Below, in pieces: positions 26,602-36,012 of a stretch of DNA of 64,000 bases (position 1 is the stretch's first letter; each line of letters starts with the position of its first letter). Source of the DNA: an uncultured bacterium (lineage in GTDB: Bacteria; Patescibacteriota; Minisyncoccia; UBA6257; UBA9933). The stretch is taken from positions 2,915 to 66,914 of the forward strand of contig CAJVXI010000001.1 in the NCBI GenBank assembly GCA_913009635.1, written 5' to 3'. The position numbers were made by a program, and so were the translations under genes. The notes under the pieces are model-generated. The model saw nothing but the letters and a program-made list of their open reading frames with translations, was not told the origin of the DNA and did not search any database.

Positions 26602-26778
26602 AAATTTCAAATAACAAATTCCAAATCTCAAATCCTTCAACCCCGAGAATTTCAGGACCGAGGGGTAAATTCCAATGACCGAAACGTGTTTGAAATTTTA
26701 AATTTAGAATTTGGTGCTTATTTGTTATTTGGTGCTTGGAATTTGGTGCTTTTTAATACTTAGATTTAGCAATATATT
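26602..26778. repeat. Repeat family E copy, reverse orientation.
   Basis: It is the reverse complement of 13412-13576. Confidence 0.85.
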
Positions 26779-28518
26779 ATGTCAAATACTCCCCAATTTA
26801 ATAAAGCTCTAAACGACATTTTAACTACCCTTACGCCTCATCAAAAAACCTGCCTTCAATGCAACAGTGTTTTTGATATTTTTCAGGAAGATATTGATTT
26901 TTATAAAAAACTGAAAGTGCCTCCTCCAACATTGTGTCCAGAATGTAGAAAGCAAAGAAGATTTGCTTTTTATAATACTATTTTAAAATTTTATAAAAAG
27001 GATTGTTCTGCTCATAAGGATGAGAAGCCCATTTCTACTTTTTATTCTCAAAGTCCGTATAAAATATTTGATTTAAAATATTGGTGGTCTGACAAGTGGG
27101 GTGGGGAAGATTATTCCAGAGATTACGATTTTAATAAGACGTTTTTTGAACAATTTCAAAAATTTAATTTATTGGTTCCGCATCCTGCAATTACTCATTA
27201 TTGGAAAGGAGTAATTAACAGCCCTTATACGATTTCTATTATTGATGTTAAAAATTGTTATTTTACGTCTTTAGGAGGGTATCTTGAAAACGTCCATTAT
27301 TCGCATTGGATGGGTGAATCAAAAGATTGTTTAGATTCTTTAAATTTTGGCAGGTGTGAGAACTGCTACGAACTTATAACTTCCGATAACTGCTATAATT
27401 GCAAATTTTGTCATGATTCTTTTAGTTGCGTTGACAGTACTTTTTTGTATGATTGTAAAAATTGTCAAAGTTGTTTTGGATGCGCGAATTTAAGGCATAA
27501 ATCGTATTGTTTTTTTAACGAACAATTAACAAAAGAAGAATACAATAAAAGAATTCAGGAAATTAATTTAGGGAATAGAGATACTGTTAATGAGTACATC
27601 AAGAAATTTGAAGCTCTTATTAAAAAATCAATTAGAAGAAATTTACTTAATGATAAGAAGAATGTTGATTGCGTTGGGGATAGGATATGGGAATCAAAAA
27701 ATTGTTATCAGGTTTTTAGGGCTGAACAAACGGAAAATTTGCGTTATTGCGTGGATGTAGCGCATGAAATAAAAGATTCAATGGATATCTGGGTAATTGG
27801 TCCACATGTTGGTTTATCTTACGAACTTATAGAGGCGTATGATTGTTCTAATATCAAATTTTCTTATTTTATTAAAGACGGCATAGACCTGGAATATTGC
27901 CTTGAATGCCACAATTGTCAGAATTGTTTTGGATGTGTAGGTTTGCGTAATAAAAAATATCACATTTTTAACAAATCATATTTAGAAGAAGATTATTGGA
28001 AAAAATTAGATGAAATTAAAGTAAAGATGTTGAAAGACGGCGAATATGGCGAATTTTTTCCAGCATCAATAGCGCTTCATCCATATAATAATACTTATGC
28101 TTCAGTGGAATTTCCTTTATCAGAAAAAGAAGCAAAACAAAATGGCTGGGATTGGCACGAAGATGAATTAGGAGCAGATATTGGAAATTTAGAGTTAATT
28201 GAGGCAAAAGACGTGCTAAAAGATATTAAAGATGTTGATGATGATATTCTTAATAAAGCAATAATTTGCGAGACATCAAAAAAACCATTTAGAATTATAA
28301 AAGCAGAACTGGATTTTTATAGAAAGAATAATTTACCTCTTCCCATAAAACATCCATATAATAGATTACTTGAAAGATTCCAAAAAAGAAATCCTTCAAA
28401 AATCTGGAAATCATCCTGTTTTAGATGTCATAATGATATGTACACTTCCTATCCGCTTAAAAAACAGGAAGAACTAAAGATTTACTGTGAAAAGTGTTAC
28501 CAGGAGGAAGTTGTGTAA
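26779..28518 (+). CDS. Large cysteine-rich repeat protein with an N-terminal zinc ribbon and repeated 'NC..C.GC..LR.K.Y' modules.
   Basis: 'CLQCN...CPECRK', then modules 'CENCYEL..DNCYNCKFCHDS.SCVDS..LYDCKNCQSCFGCANLRHKSYCFFN' and 'CLECHNCQNCFGCVGLRNKKYHIFN', ending 'CFRCHN...CEKCYQ'. Confidence 0.45.
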   Translation: MSNTPQFNKALNDILTTLTPHQKTCLQCNSVFDIFQEDIDFYKKLKVPPPTLCPECRKQRRFAFYNTILKFYKKDCSAHKDEKPISTFYSQSPYKIFDLKYWWSDKWGGEDYSRDYDFNKTFFEQFQKFNLLVPHPAITHYWKGVINSPYTISIIDVKNCYFTSLGGYLENVHYSHWMGESKDCLDSLNFGRCENCYELITSDNCYNCKFCHDSFSCVDSTFLYDCKNCQSCFGCANLRHKSYCFFNEQLTKEEYNKRIQEINLGNRDTVNEYIKKFEALIKKSIRRNLLNDKKNVDCVGDRIWESKNCYQVFRAEQTENLRYCVDVAHEIKDSMDIWVIGPHVGLSYELIEAYDCSNIKFSYFIKDGIDLEYCLECHNCQNCFGCVGLRNKKYHIFNKSYLEEDYWKKLDEIKVKMLKDGEYGEFFPASIALHPYNNTYASVEFPLSEKEAKQNGWDWHEDELGADIGNLELIEAKDVLKDIKDVDDDILNKAIICETSKKPFRIIKAELDFYRKNNLPLPIKHPYNRLLERFQKRNPSKIWKSSCFRCHNDMYTSYPLKKQEELKIYCEKCYQEEVV

Positions 28519-28545
28519 TTATAATAAAAAAGTATAATTATAAAA

Positions 28546-28848
28546 ATGCATAATTTTCTTTCTTCTTTGGTTAAATATATAGTTGCCTTACTTGAACTCT
28601 TGTTGGGAATTAGATTGGTTTTAAAATTTTTAGGAGCTAGCGAAAGAGCGATGATAGTTGATTGGCTTTATAAAATAAGCGATGTAATTGTTTCGCCTTT
28701 TGATTTTATATTTTCTAATATTTACACACGACAGGGGATGATTGATATTGTGGCAATTTCAGCAATAGTAGGATATTTTATTTTAACACTTATAATTTTA
28801 AAATTATTAGACGTTCTTTTTAATAAAAAACTGACACCCGAAACTTAA
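28546..28848 (+). CDS. Hypothetical small membrane protein (2 TM helices).
   Basis: Hydrophobic N- and C-termini. Confidence 0.35.
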   Translation: MHNFLSSLVKYIVALLELLLGIRLVLKFLGASERAMIVDWLYKISDVIVSPFDFIFSNIYTRQGMIDIVAISAIVGYFILTLIILKLLDVLFNKKLTPET

Positions 28849-28851
28849 TAC

Positions 28852-30501
28852 TTATCCTTCCAACGCTTTCTTAATACTTTCTTTTAGTCCCTCAATATCT
28901 GGGGATTTTTTTTCAGATGGTTCTTTTTTATATTGCCTTTCTTGTTGAGTCGGTTCTTGCGTTTTTGGCAATTCTTTTAAAGAGATAAATTTTTTTGGTT
29001 TGTTCTGATTTTGCTGAGGAGTTTCTTCTTTTTTAGCATTTTTTTCTTCTACGGTTTTCAGAATTGAAGTTTGTCTTTTTTGCGGTTCAAATTCTATGCC
29101 TATATCTCTTAAACTTTCAGCGTATTTAAATCTTGGCTCGGCTTCTTTTCGTGAAAATCTTTTTTTATCTTTATCTGGGAATTTACCTCTGGACATTGAT
29201 ATTCTAGAGCCCATAAATCCGCTCCATTGATTAATGTCCGCCTCTACTTTTTCTCGTGGCTGAGAATAACGCTCTCTTGATATTTTAATTACTTTTTCTT
29301 TATTATCGCTATGAGTAGCCATTGCAAACGGCGGTAAAGTAGAGGCAGAAAAAGGACGACTGGTTATTCCGTCAACCATTAATTTAAGATAGATATTATA
29401 GTTTGGCAGATTAATTATGTCTTGAGCATTAAATTCCGGCTCAAATTCTTTTTCAAGAAATTCCGCATCAGCTGCTCCGACTCTAAAAACGAGCATTGTG
29501 CCGACATTGCCAAAAATAGCATCTCTAACCTTAGTTGACGTTTCGGTTAATAATTGGCCAACGTATTGGTGGGCAATAGTAATGTTAAGCCGATATTTCC
29601 TGGCTTCTGAAAGAATGCCGGCAAATGACTCTGTAACAAAGTTTTGGAATTCATCGACATATAAGTAAAAATCTTTTCTTTCTGTTTCCTGAATTCTTAC
29701 TCTTTCCATTGCCGCTAATTGAATTTTAGTAATAAGCATTGCTCCTAAAAGCGCGGAATTATCTTCGCCGATTCTTCCTTTTGACACGTTAATAAGCAGA
29801 ATTTTTTCTTCATTCATTATTTTTTGGATATTAATAGTGCTTTTGGTTTGTCCTACCACGTTTCTAATAAGAGGCGTTGATAAAAATTGGCCTACTTTAT
29901 TTTGAATAGGCACAATAGCTTCATTTCTGAATTGGTCTCGCCAGCCCTCATATTCGTGAATCCAAAATGATTTAACAATTGGGTCTTTGATATTAGCGAC
30001 TATTTGTTGACGGTAATCTTTATCAACTAAAATTTTAGGAACACCCAAGAGAGTAGTACCTGGAGTGTCAAGAAGAGCAAGTATGCAATTGCTTAAAATA
30101 TATTCCATTCGCGCTGACCAAACTCCAGCCCAAATTTTAGTAAAAATTCCCATTAAATCCGAGACAACCAAATGTTTATATTTAGGGTCAGGAACTTCTA
30201 AAATATTAAAACCAATAGGATAATCCATATCAGCCGGATTAAAATAAATAACATCATTAATCCGGTTTTCAGGTATTTTATCAATAATACTTTCAACAAA
30301 TTCACCATGCGGGTCAACAATACAGATACCTTTGCCGTTCATAACGTCTTGGATGGCTAAATTAGCCAATAGAACACTTTTTCCGGTTCCGGTTTTTCCG
30401 ATGACGTATATATGCTGCCTGCGGTCAGCTTGTTTGATGCCAAAAGTTTTTTCTTGATTCCTAAAGTTTGTTTTAGCGAATAGAGTTATCTGATTCGTCA
30501 T
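28852..30501 (-). CDS. TraG/TraD/VirD4-like P-loop ATPase, paralogue of 24775-26214, with a K/E-rich C-terminal tail.
   Basis: 'HIYVIGKTGTGKSVLL', 'FYLYVDEFQNF' and 'EARKYRLNITIAHQYVGQL'. Roughly 45% identical by eye to the + strand copy. Confidence 0.5.
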   Translation of the reverse strand: MTNQITLFAKTNFRNQEKTFGIKQADRRQHIYVIGKTGTGKSVLLANLAIQDVMNGKGICIVDPHGEFVESIIDKIPENRINDVIYFNPADMDYPIGFNILEVPDPKYKHLVVSDLMGIFTKIWAGVWSARMEYILSNCILALLDTPGTTLLGVPKILVDKDYRQQIVANIKDPIVKSFWIHEYEGWRDQFRNEAIVPIQNKVGQFLSTPLIRNVVGQTKSTINIQKIMNEEKILLINVSKGRIGEDNSALLGAMLITKIQLAAMERVRIQETERKDFYLYVDEFQNFVTESFAGILSEARKYRLNITIAHQYVGQLLTETSTKVRDAIFGNVGTMLVFRVGAADAEFLEKEFEPEFNAQDIINLPNYNIYLKLMVDGITSRPFSASTLPPFAMATHSDNKEKVIKISRERYSQPREKVEADINQWSGFMGSRISMSRGKFPDKDKKRFSRKEAEPRFKYAESLRDIGIEFEPQKRQTSILKTVEEKNAKKEETPQQNQNKPKKFISLKELPKTQEPTQQERQYKKEPSEKKSPDIEGLKESIKKALEG

Positions 30502-30564
30502 ATTGGCATAATTATACCATAAATTTAGTTGTTTACAATTAACGGGAAAATGGCTATATTATAA

Positions 30565-30675
30565 AGCGTGATATCAATATACGAATGCGTACTAATGATA
30601 CGAATAAATACTAATTCGTATCCATTAGTATAATTAGCATGAATTAGTATATTAGCATTACATTAAGCGAAACGT
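30565..30675. repeat. Repeat family C copy, short form.
   Basis: It ends 'cattaagcgaaacgtATG' at efp. Confidence 0.8.
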
Positions 30676-31248
30676 ATGTTGTCTTATACCGATTTAAAAT
30701 CAGGTGTTTATATAGTGGTTGATTCACAGCCTTATTTAGTGGTGGAGTCAGAGTTTGTGAGAATGCAGCAAAGAAAGCCAGTAATGAAAACGAAAATTAA
30801 GAATTTAATAACTGGCAAAACAGCAGAGAGGTCATTTCAGCCAAGTGACAATATTGAAGAAGCTGAACTTGAAAAGATGAAAGTAATTTTCATTTACGAG
30901 AGCCGCGGAGAATACTGGTTTAGCGAGCTAAACAATCCAAAGAATAGATTTTTATTAAAAGAAGAAGAAATTGGCGAATTAGCCAAGTTTTTAAAGCCAA
31001 ATTTGGAAATTACAGCATTAAAATTCAAAGACAAAATTATTAACATTGAATTGCCAATTAAGGTTGACTATAAAGTAGTTGAAGCGCCGCCTGCCATTAA
31101 GGGTGATACTGCGCAGGGCGGAACTAAAACCGCGGTTATTGAAACTGGTGTTAAAATTACTGTTCCGCTTTTTATTCAAGAAGAAGATATAATTCGTATT
31201 AATACTCAAACTGGTGAGTATGCGGAGAGAGTAGAGAAGGGATCGTAG
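30676..31248 (+). CDS. efp: Elongation factor P.
   Basis: The N-terminal KOW-like domain has 'KPGKG'-region analogues and the three-domain length is correct. Confidence 0.85.
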   Translation: MLSYTDLKSGVYIVVDSQPYLVVESEFVRMQQRKPVMKTKIKNLITGKTAERSFQPSDNIEEAELEKMKVIFIYESRGEYWFSELNNPKNRFLLKEEEIGELAKFLKPNLEITALKFKDKIINIELPIKVDYKVVEAPPAIKGDTAQGGTKTAVIETGVKITVPLFIQEEDIIRINTQTGEYAERVEKGS

Positions 31249-31470
31249 AAAATCTTTTCTTGCCAGCCAAGCTAAGTAAAAATCTTTTCTCGTTCGTAGT
31301 GCTACACCAAATGAAAATCTTACTTCGCTCATAACTAGAAAATACCACCCTGCTACGCGGGTACCCGGTATTTTCTCTATTCGCTCAGAGATTTTCTATT
31401 CGGCTCCGCAATACTCTCTGTGAAAAGATTTTTGCTTAGTTAGTTAACGGGCTGGCTACAAAAAGATTTT
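31249..31470. repeat. MITE-like or structured element, second copy, with termini 'AAAATCTTTTCTTGCCAGCC ... GGCTGGCTACAAAAAGATTTT'.
   Basis: The termini match 8545-8792. It has the nested inverted repeat 'gctaagtaaaaatcttttc ... gaaaagatttttgcttagtt'. Confidence 0.6.
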
Positions 31471-31502
31471 CTACTAGTCTTAATTGAGAAAAATAAGAAA
31501 AT

Positions 31503-31530
31503 AAAAAAGCCGGCTTTAGAGGTAGCCGGC
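31503..31530 (-). terminator. Rho-independent terminator-like hairpin on the minus strand (gccggc..gccggc followed by a T-run on the - strand).
   Basis: On the + strand it reads 'aaaaaagccggctttagaggtagccggc'. Confidence 0.4.
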
Positions 31531-31800
31531 AACCTTTAATTTGTGGTGCTTACGCATTTCTTCTTCGTTCGAAGCACCAATTAACGAAGAATATCTCTGT
31601 CTAGTATACTCGCACGGCCGAGAAACGCCATTGTGCGATAATCTATATCTTTTGTATTGGATAACTCGCTGAGCGATTATTCAAGCAATTTCAGTGTACT
31701 ATTAATAGTATACACATATTAAAACATTTGTCAATAGTGCGCCAAAACATCTCATTTTTAGCCCAAATAAATCCCACACTTTTCATTCGAGAGGTGCGGG

Positions 31801-31840
31801 ATAAACGGCTCACACGGCGTGTGAGCCGTTTATTTTCTAA
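31801..31840 (+). terminator. Perfect hairpin 'aaacggctcacacggcgtgtgagccgttt' followed by a T-run. An identical hairpin is at 42080-42112.
   Basis: A 12-bp GC-containing stem is followed by 'attttc'. No + strand CDS lies upstream within 550 bp. Confidence 0.55.
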
Positions 31841-31980
31841 ATTTTCAATTTATCATAATTTAACGTAATCAAATTACGTTAAATTATTTAATACAAAGCG
31901 TCATTTGAATGACACTTTATTTATTGGTTAAGTTTGATAATTTGAGAAAAAAAATTTCTGATGATATAGTTTAGTTAATT

Positions 31981-33219
31981 ATGAAAGCAAAAGATAAAAA
32001 AATCGTATTCGTAGCGCTATCAGGCGGCGTTGATTCAAGTGTTGCGGCTTTATTATTAAAAAAACAGGGCTATTATGTAGTTGGTGTTTTTATGCGTTGT
32101 TGGAGAGATGAAAGCCCCGACGCTTCGGTCGGGGCAAGCTGTATGGAAAAAGATGCTGAAGATGCCAGAAAGGTGGCGGAAAAATTGGAAATTCCTTTTT
32201 ATGTTTGGGATTTTGAAAAAGAGTATAAGAAAAGAGTGGTTGATTATATGGTTAATGGTTATAAAAAAGGCATCACTCCTAATCCTGATGTAATGTGCAA
32301 TAAAGAAATCAAGTTTGGTTTGTTTTTGGAAAAAGCGCTGAAGATGGGAGCGGATTATGTGGCAACGGGACACTATGTCCGGCTTTACAGCGTTGTAAAT
32401 GTTCAAAATGTTGTAGATGTTGTAAATGAAAAACAATTACAACAAGCGAAGCGATCCAACAAGCGAAGCGATACAGCATTACAACTTTTTGAGGCTAAGG
32501 ACAAGAATAAAGACCAATCTTATTTTCTTTGGACCTTAACGCAAAAACAATTACAGCATTGCCTTTTTCCTATTGGTGATTATTTGAAGTCCGAAGTTCG
32601 GAAAATCGCTAAAAAAGCTGATTTATTAACAGCTGAGAAAAAGGATTCTCAGGGTATTTGTTTTTTGGGCAAAGTAACACTTGATGATTTTTTGGGTAAA
32701 TATATTCCTAAAAAGAAAGGGGATATTATTAATATTTCAGGGGAAAAAATCGGCGAACACAAAGGCGCTTATTTTTATACTATTGGCCAGCGGCGCGGAC
32801 TTGGAATTGGCGGCCGCCCAATAAAATTGGGCGAGTCTCGTCCCAAAGGGACGGGAGGCGCACCTTATTATGTCGTTGAAAAAGACGTTAAGAAAAACAT
32901 TATTAAAGTTGCCGAAGGAAAAAGCGAAGCGCTTTATAAAAAAGAAATTGAATTATCGGATGTTAATTTTATCAATCCTATAATTCATAATTCAAAATTC
33001 ATAATTCCAGTGTTGGCTCGGGTGCGTTATAGGCAGCCTTTAATAAAAGCCAAATTAGTAATTAGTAATCAGGAATTAGTAAATAGGAAAAACAAAAAGT
33101 CCCTAGTTACTAGTTACTATTTACTATTTACTGAGCCCATTAAATTCATCGCTCCTGGCCAGTCAGCAGTGTTTTATAGTTCAAAAGGTGAAATGTTGGG
33201 CGGAGGTGTGATAAAATAA
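31981..33219 (+). CDS. mnmA: tRNA-specific 2-thiouridylase MnmA with small repeat insertions.
   Basis: PP-loop 'VALSGGVDSSV' and the region 'CNKEIKFGLFLEKA'. In-frame repeats are at 32108-32135, 32441-32473 and 33095-33135. Confidence 0.85.
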   Translation: MKAKDKKIVFVALSGGVDSSVAALLLKKQGYYVVGVFMRCWRDESPDASVGASCMEKDAEDARKVAEKLEIPFYVWDFEKEYKKRVVDYMVNGYKKGITPNPDVMCNKEIKFGLFLEKALKMGADYVATGHYVRLYSVVNVQNVVDVVNEKQLQQAKRSNKRSDTALQLFEAKDKNKDQSYFLWTLTQKQLQHCLFPIGDYLKSEVRKIAKKADLLTAEKKDSQGICFLGKVTLDDFLGKYIPKKKGDIINISGEKIGEHKGAYFYTIGQRRGLGIGGRPIKLGESRPKGTGGAPYYVVEKDVKKNIIKVAEGKSEALYKKEIELSDVNFINPIIHNSKFIIPVLARVRYRQPLIKAKLVISNQELVNRKNKKSLVTSYYLLFTEPIKFIAPGQSAVFYSSKGEMLGGGVIK

Positions 33220-33223
33220 TATT

Positions 33224-33760
33224 ATGATTATTATTTTTACGGGAAACGGAAAAGGTAAAACAACTGCAGCATTGGGGCAGGCGATTCGTGCTTTGGGGCA
33301 GGAGAAGAAAGTTTTGATTATTCAGTTTATAAAAAATATTTCTAGCGGCGAACATAAATTTTTTTCCTCTTTCCTCTTTCCTCTTTCCTCTTTTAGAATC
33401 ATTAAAGGAGGTAAAGGGTTTGTAGGAATTTTAGGCGACAAGCTTCCATTTTCCGAACATAAAAAAGCCGCGCAAAAAATATTAAAATTAGCAGCCCAAA
33501 AAATTAATCCGCCAGCTGGCGGAAAAAAATACGATTTGATTGTTTTAGACGAAATAAACGTGGCTGTAAATTTGAAATTGTTAAGCGCTAAAAAAGTATT
33601 GGATATTTTAAAAAATTTTCCTAAAGACAAAGACATAATTTTAACTGGCCGTAGCGCGCCAAAAAGTTTTATAAAAATAGCTGATTTAGTGACTGAAATG
33701 AAAGAAGTTAAGCACCCGTTTAAAAAAGGCGTGAGGGCAAAAAAAGGAATTGAATTTTAA
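33224..33760 (+). CDS. Cob(I)yrinic acid a,c-diamide / cob(I)alamin adenosyltransferase (CobA/CobO/BtuR family) with an in-frame (cctcttt)n insertion.
   Basis: P-loop 'IIFTGNGKGKTTAALG' and 'LIVLDEI'. The insertion at 33359-33394 'tcctctttcctctttcctctttcctctttt' encodes 'FSSFLFPLSSF'. Confidence 0.7.
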   Translation: MIIIFTGNGKGKTTAALGQAIRALGQEKKVLIIQFIKNISSGEHKFFSSFLFPLSSFRIIKGGKGFVGILGDKLPFSEHKKAAQKILKLAAQKINPPAGGKKYDLIVLDEINVAVNLKLLSAKKVLDILKNFPKDKDIILTGRSAPKSFIKIADLVTEMKEVKHPFKKGVRAKKGIEF

Positions 33761-33782
33761 AGATTTTCTATAAATTTGGCAT

Positions 33783-35252
33783 ATGCGCATATATGATATT
33801 GCTTTTTATGTAGTTGTTTTCTTTTTGCTTGGAATATTGGCAGCGAGTTTAAAAATAGATTTTATAATTATTGTATTGGCTGCTGTTTTGGTGGCAGCCA
33901 TATTTTTATTTTCCACCTATTTTCAATCTTACGAGGTTCAACCTCGTAAGATTGAGAGAAAGCTTTTTTGGTTTGCTGGCTTGTCTTTATTTATTATTGT
34001 CGGCGCTCTCTATTATTTTGTGGATGATTATCGTTCCAGAAATATCAATATTACTTTTGATCAGAAAATAAGTTTTGAGGGGATAGTGACAAGAAATCCT
34101 GCGAGAGGCAATCAACAAAAATTAACAATTGAACTTCAACTGCCTTATTCTGGAAGAGTTTTGGTAAAACTTAAAAATTATCCGAGTTTTAATTATGGAG
34201 ATTTAATAAGTTTTGAAGGACAAATCAAAAAACCAGAAAAGGGCTCATATGCCAATTATTTAGCCAAGGATAAAATTTTCGGTACCATCAGTTATCCAAA
34301 AACTAATTTTATTAGTAGTGGTCACGGTTCAAAAATTAAATCAACACTTTTTTCTTTGAAAGAAAGAACAGTCAGTAATTTTCAGAAGGTTTTACCCGCG
34401 GAAAACGCCGCTTTTTTATCCGGAATTACTTTAGGTGAACGAGCCGAATTTTCCAAAGAATTCAAGGAAGCAATGAGTAAAAGCGGTACTACTCATCTGG
34501 TGGCGCTTTCAGGATACAATATTACTATTTTAGTGGTTGCTATCGCTTATATTTTGAGTTCTTTTGTATCACGCCGTTTAGTTTTTTGGTTAACGCTTCT
34601 TATAATAATTGGTTTTGTAATAATGACAGGTGCCGAGGCCTCAGTAGTGCGAGCAGCTGTAATGGGTGGAATTATTCTGTTAGCAAAGCGTGCTAACCGA
34701 CTTTATAGTTTTCGCAATGCTATTGCTATCGCTGGTTTTTTAATGGTTTTGGAAAATCCAAAAGTTTTGAGTTTTGATATTGGTTTTCAGCTCTCTTTTA
34801 TGGCTTTATTGGGTATAGTTTATTTGCGGCCGGCTATTCAAAAATTCTTTAAATTTAGCGAAAAGCCAGGATTTCTTTTATGGAAAGAAAATTTTTTAAC
34901 TACTTTCTCAGCTCAGTTATTTGTTTTGCCGCTGCTTGTTTTGTATTTTGGCAATTTTTCTCCAATATCTTTATTGTCCAATATTTTAATTCTTAGCGTT
35001 ATTCCCTTAACAATGACTTTGGGTTTTATTATCGGGTTCTTGGGATTTATTCATTATTATTTTTCCCTGATTTTTGGATGGCTCACCAACTTACTTTTAT
35101 CTTATGAGACATTTGTAATTAAGTTTTTGGGAGAGTTGAATATTTTACAAATTAATTCATTAAGTGTTCCTTTGGTAATTACTTATTATTTTATTTTAAT
35201 CGTTTTTATTTTGTATGCTCGCCGCCTTCCGAAGCCGCGCCAAAATTTTTAA
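33783..35252 (+). CDS. comEC: ComEC/Rec2 competence (DNA internalisation) channel domain protein.
   Basis: DUF4131-like N-terminal domain plus the competence-domain motif 'GTTHLVALSGYNITIL'. It has multiple TM helices. Confidence 0.8.
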   Translation: MRIYDIAFYVVVFFLLGILAASLKIDFIIIVLAAVLVAAIFLFSTYFQSYEVQPRKIERKLFWFAGLSLFIIVGALYYFVDDYRSRNINITFDQKISFEGIVTRNPARGNQQKLTIELQLPYSGRVLVKLKNYPSFNYGDLISFEGQIKKPEKGSYANYLAKDKIFGTISYPKTNFISSGHGSKIKSTLFSLKERTVSNFQKVLPAENAAFLSGITLGERAEFSKEFKEAMSKSGTTHLVALSGYNITILVVAIAYILSSFVSRRLVFWLTLLIIIGFVIMTGAEASVVRAAVMGGIILLAKRANRLYSFRNAIAIAGFLMVLENPKVLSFDIGFQLSFMALLGIVYLRPAIQKFFKFSEKPGFLLWKENFLTTFSAQLFVLPLLVLYFGNFSPISLLSNILILSVIPLTMTLGFIIGFLGFIHYYFSLIFGWLTNLLLSYETFVIKFLGELNILQINSLSVPLVITYYFILIVFILYARRLPKPRQNF

Positions 35253-35416
35253 AACATAATTAGTTAATGTATATAGCAATGTATGTTATGATTTGATTTT
35301 AACATATCAATCAAATGACACTATGTCATTTGATTGACATATTGCTATGGTTGATAATAAAATATAAATAGAATTAAGATGAAATTAAAATTAGAAGCTA
35401 AAGATAAAAAATAAAA

Positions 35417-35803
35417 ATGGTTAATGTTAATAAAAAATATTTAGATAAAGAATTTAAGAAATCTATTTGGTATGCTTTTGTTAGCGAGCTTAAAAAAGCG
35501 AAAACCGAAAAAGAGATAAAGAAAATAATTGGCAAAATTATTACTCTTTCAGAGATGACGATGATTGAGAAACGATTAGGAATTTTAGCTTTACTTAAAA
35601 AAGGGTTTAATCAAAGAGAGATAGGAAGAATTCTTGATGCTGTGCCGGGTACGGTTAGATTTGTTAAAAGAGGATTAGATAGAACTTCGCGTAATTTACG
35701 GCCACATACACCATGGCCAAGCAAGAAAAAACGTCCAGTTTCAAATTCAAAATTTCCAGCTTATACAGGAAAAGGAAGATGGCGATTTTTGGATAATTAT
35801 TAA
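35417..35803 (+). CDS. TrpR-like YerC/YecD family DNA-binding protein.
   Basis: 'LSEMTMIEKRLGILALLKKGFNQREIGRILDAVPGTVRFVKRGL' matches the YerC/YecD HTH. Confidence 0.6.
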   Translation: MVNVNKKYLDKEFKKSIWYAFVSELKKAKTEKEIKKIIGKIITLSEMTMIEKRLGILALLKKGFNQREIGRILDAVPGTVRFVKRGLDRTSRNLRPHTPWPSKKKRPVSNSKFPAYTGKGRWRFLDNY

Positions 35804-36012
35804 ATTTTTAGCCAAGAGTTTATTATTTTATAGGATGTGTTTTTTATGGGTATGTTTGTGTAAATATGTTGGTTAATTAATTTAAATGTGTCATTCGAAT
35901 GACACACTGAATTATTTTTTACATCAATTTATGTTAATTTTTACAATTATATTATTATATTAAGCTTATATATTATTATATTAACTTACAGTATATTGAT
36001 TAATTTACAATA

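Noticed and set aside
31531-31800. tRNA or tmRNA in the efp-mnmA gap ('gttcgaa' near 31565)
   Set aside because: No T-arm (5-bp stem, 7-nt loop, 5-bp stem) or acceptor/CCA context could be built around the GTTCGAA. No tRNA-like T-loop (GGTTCGAATCC-type) was seen anywhere in the window.
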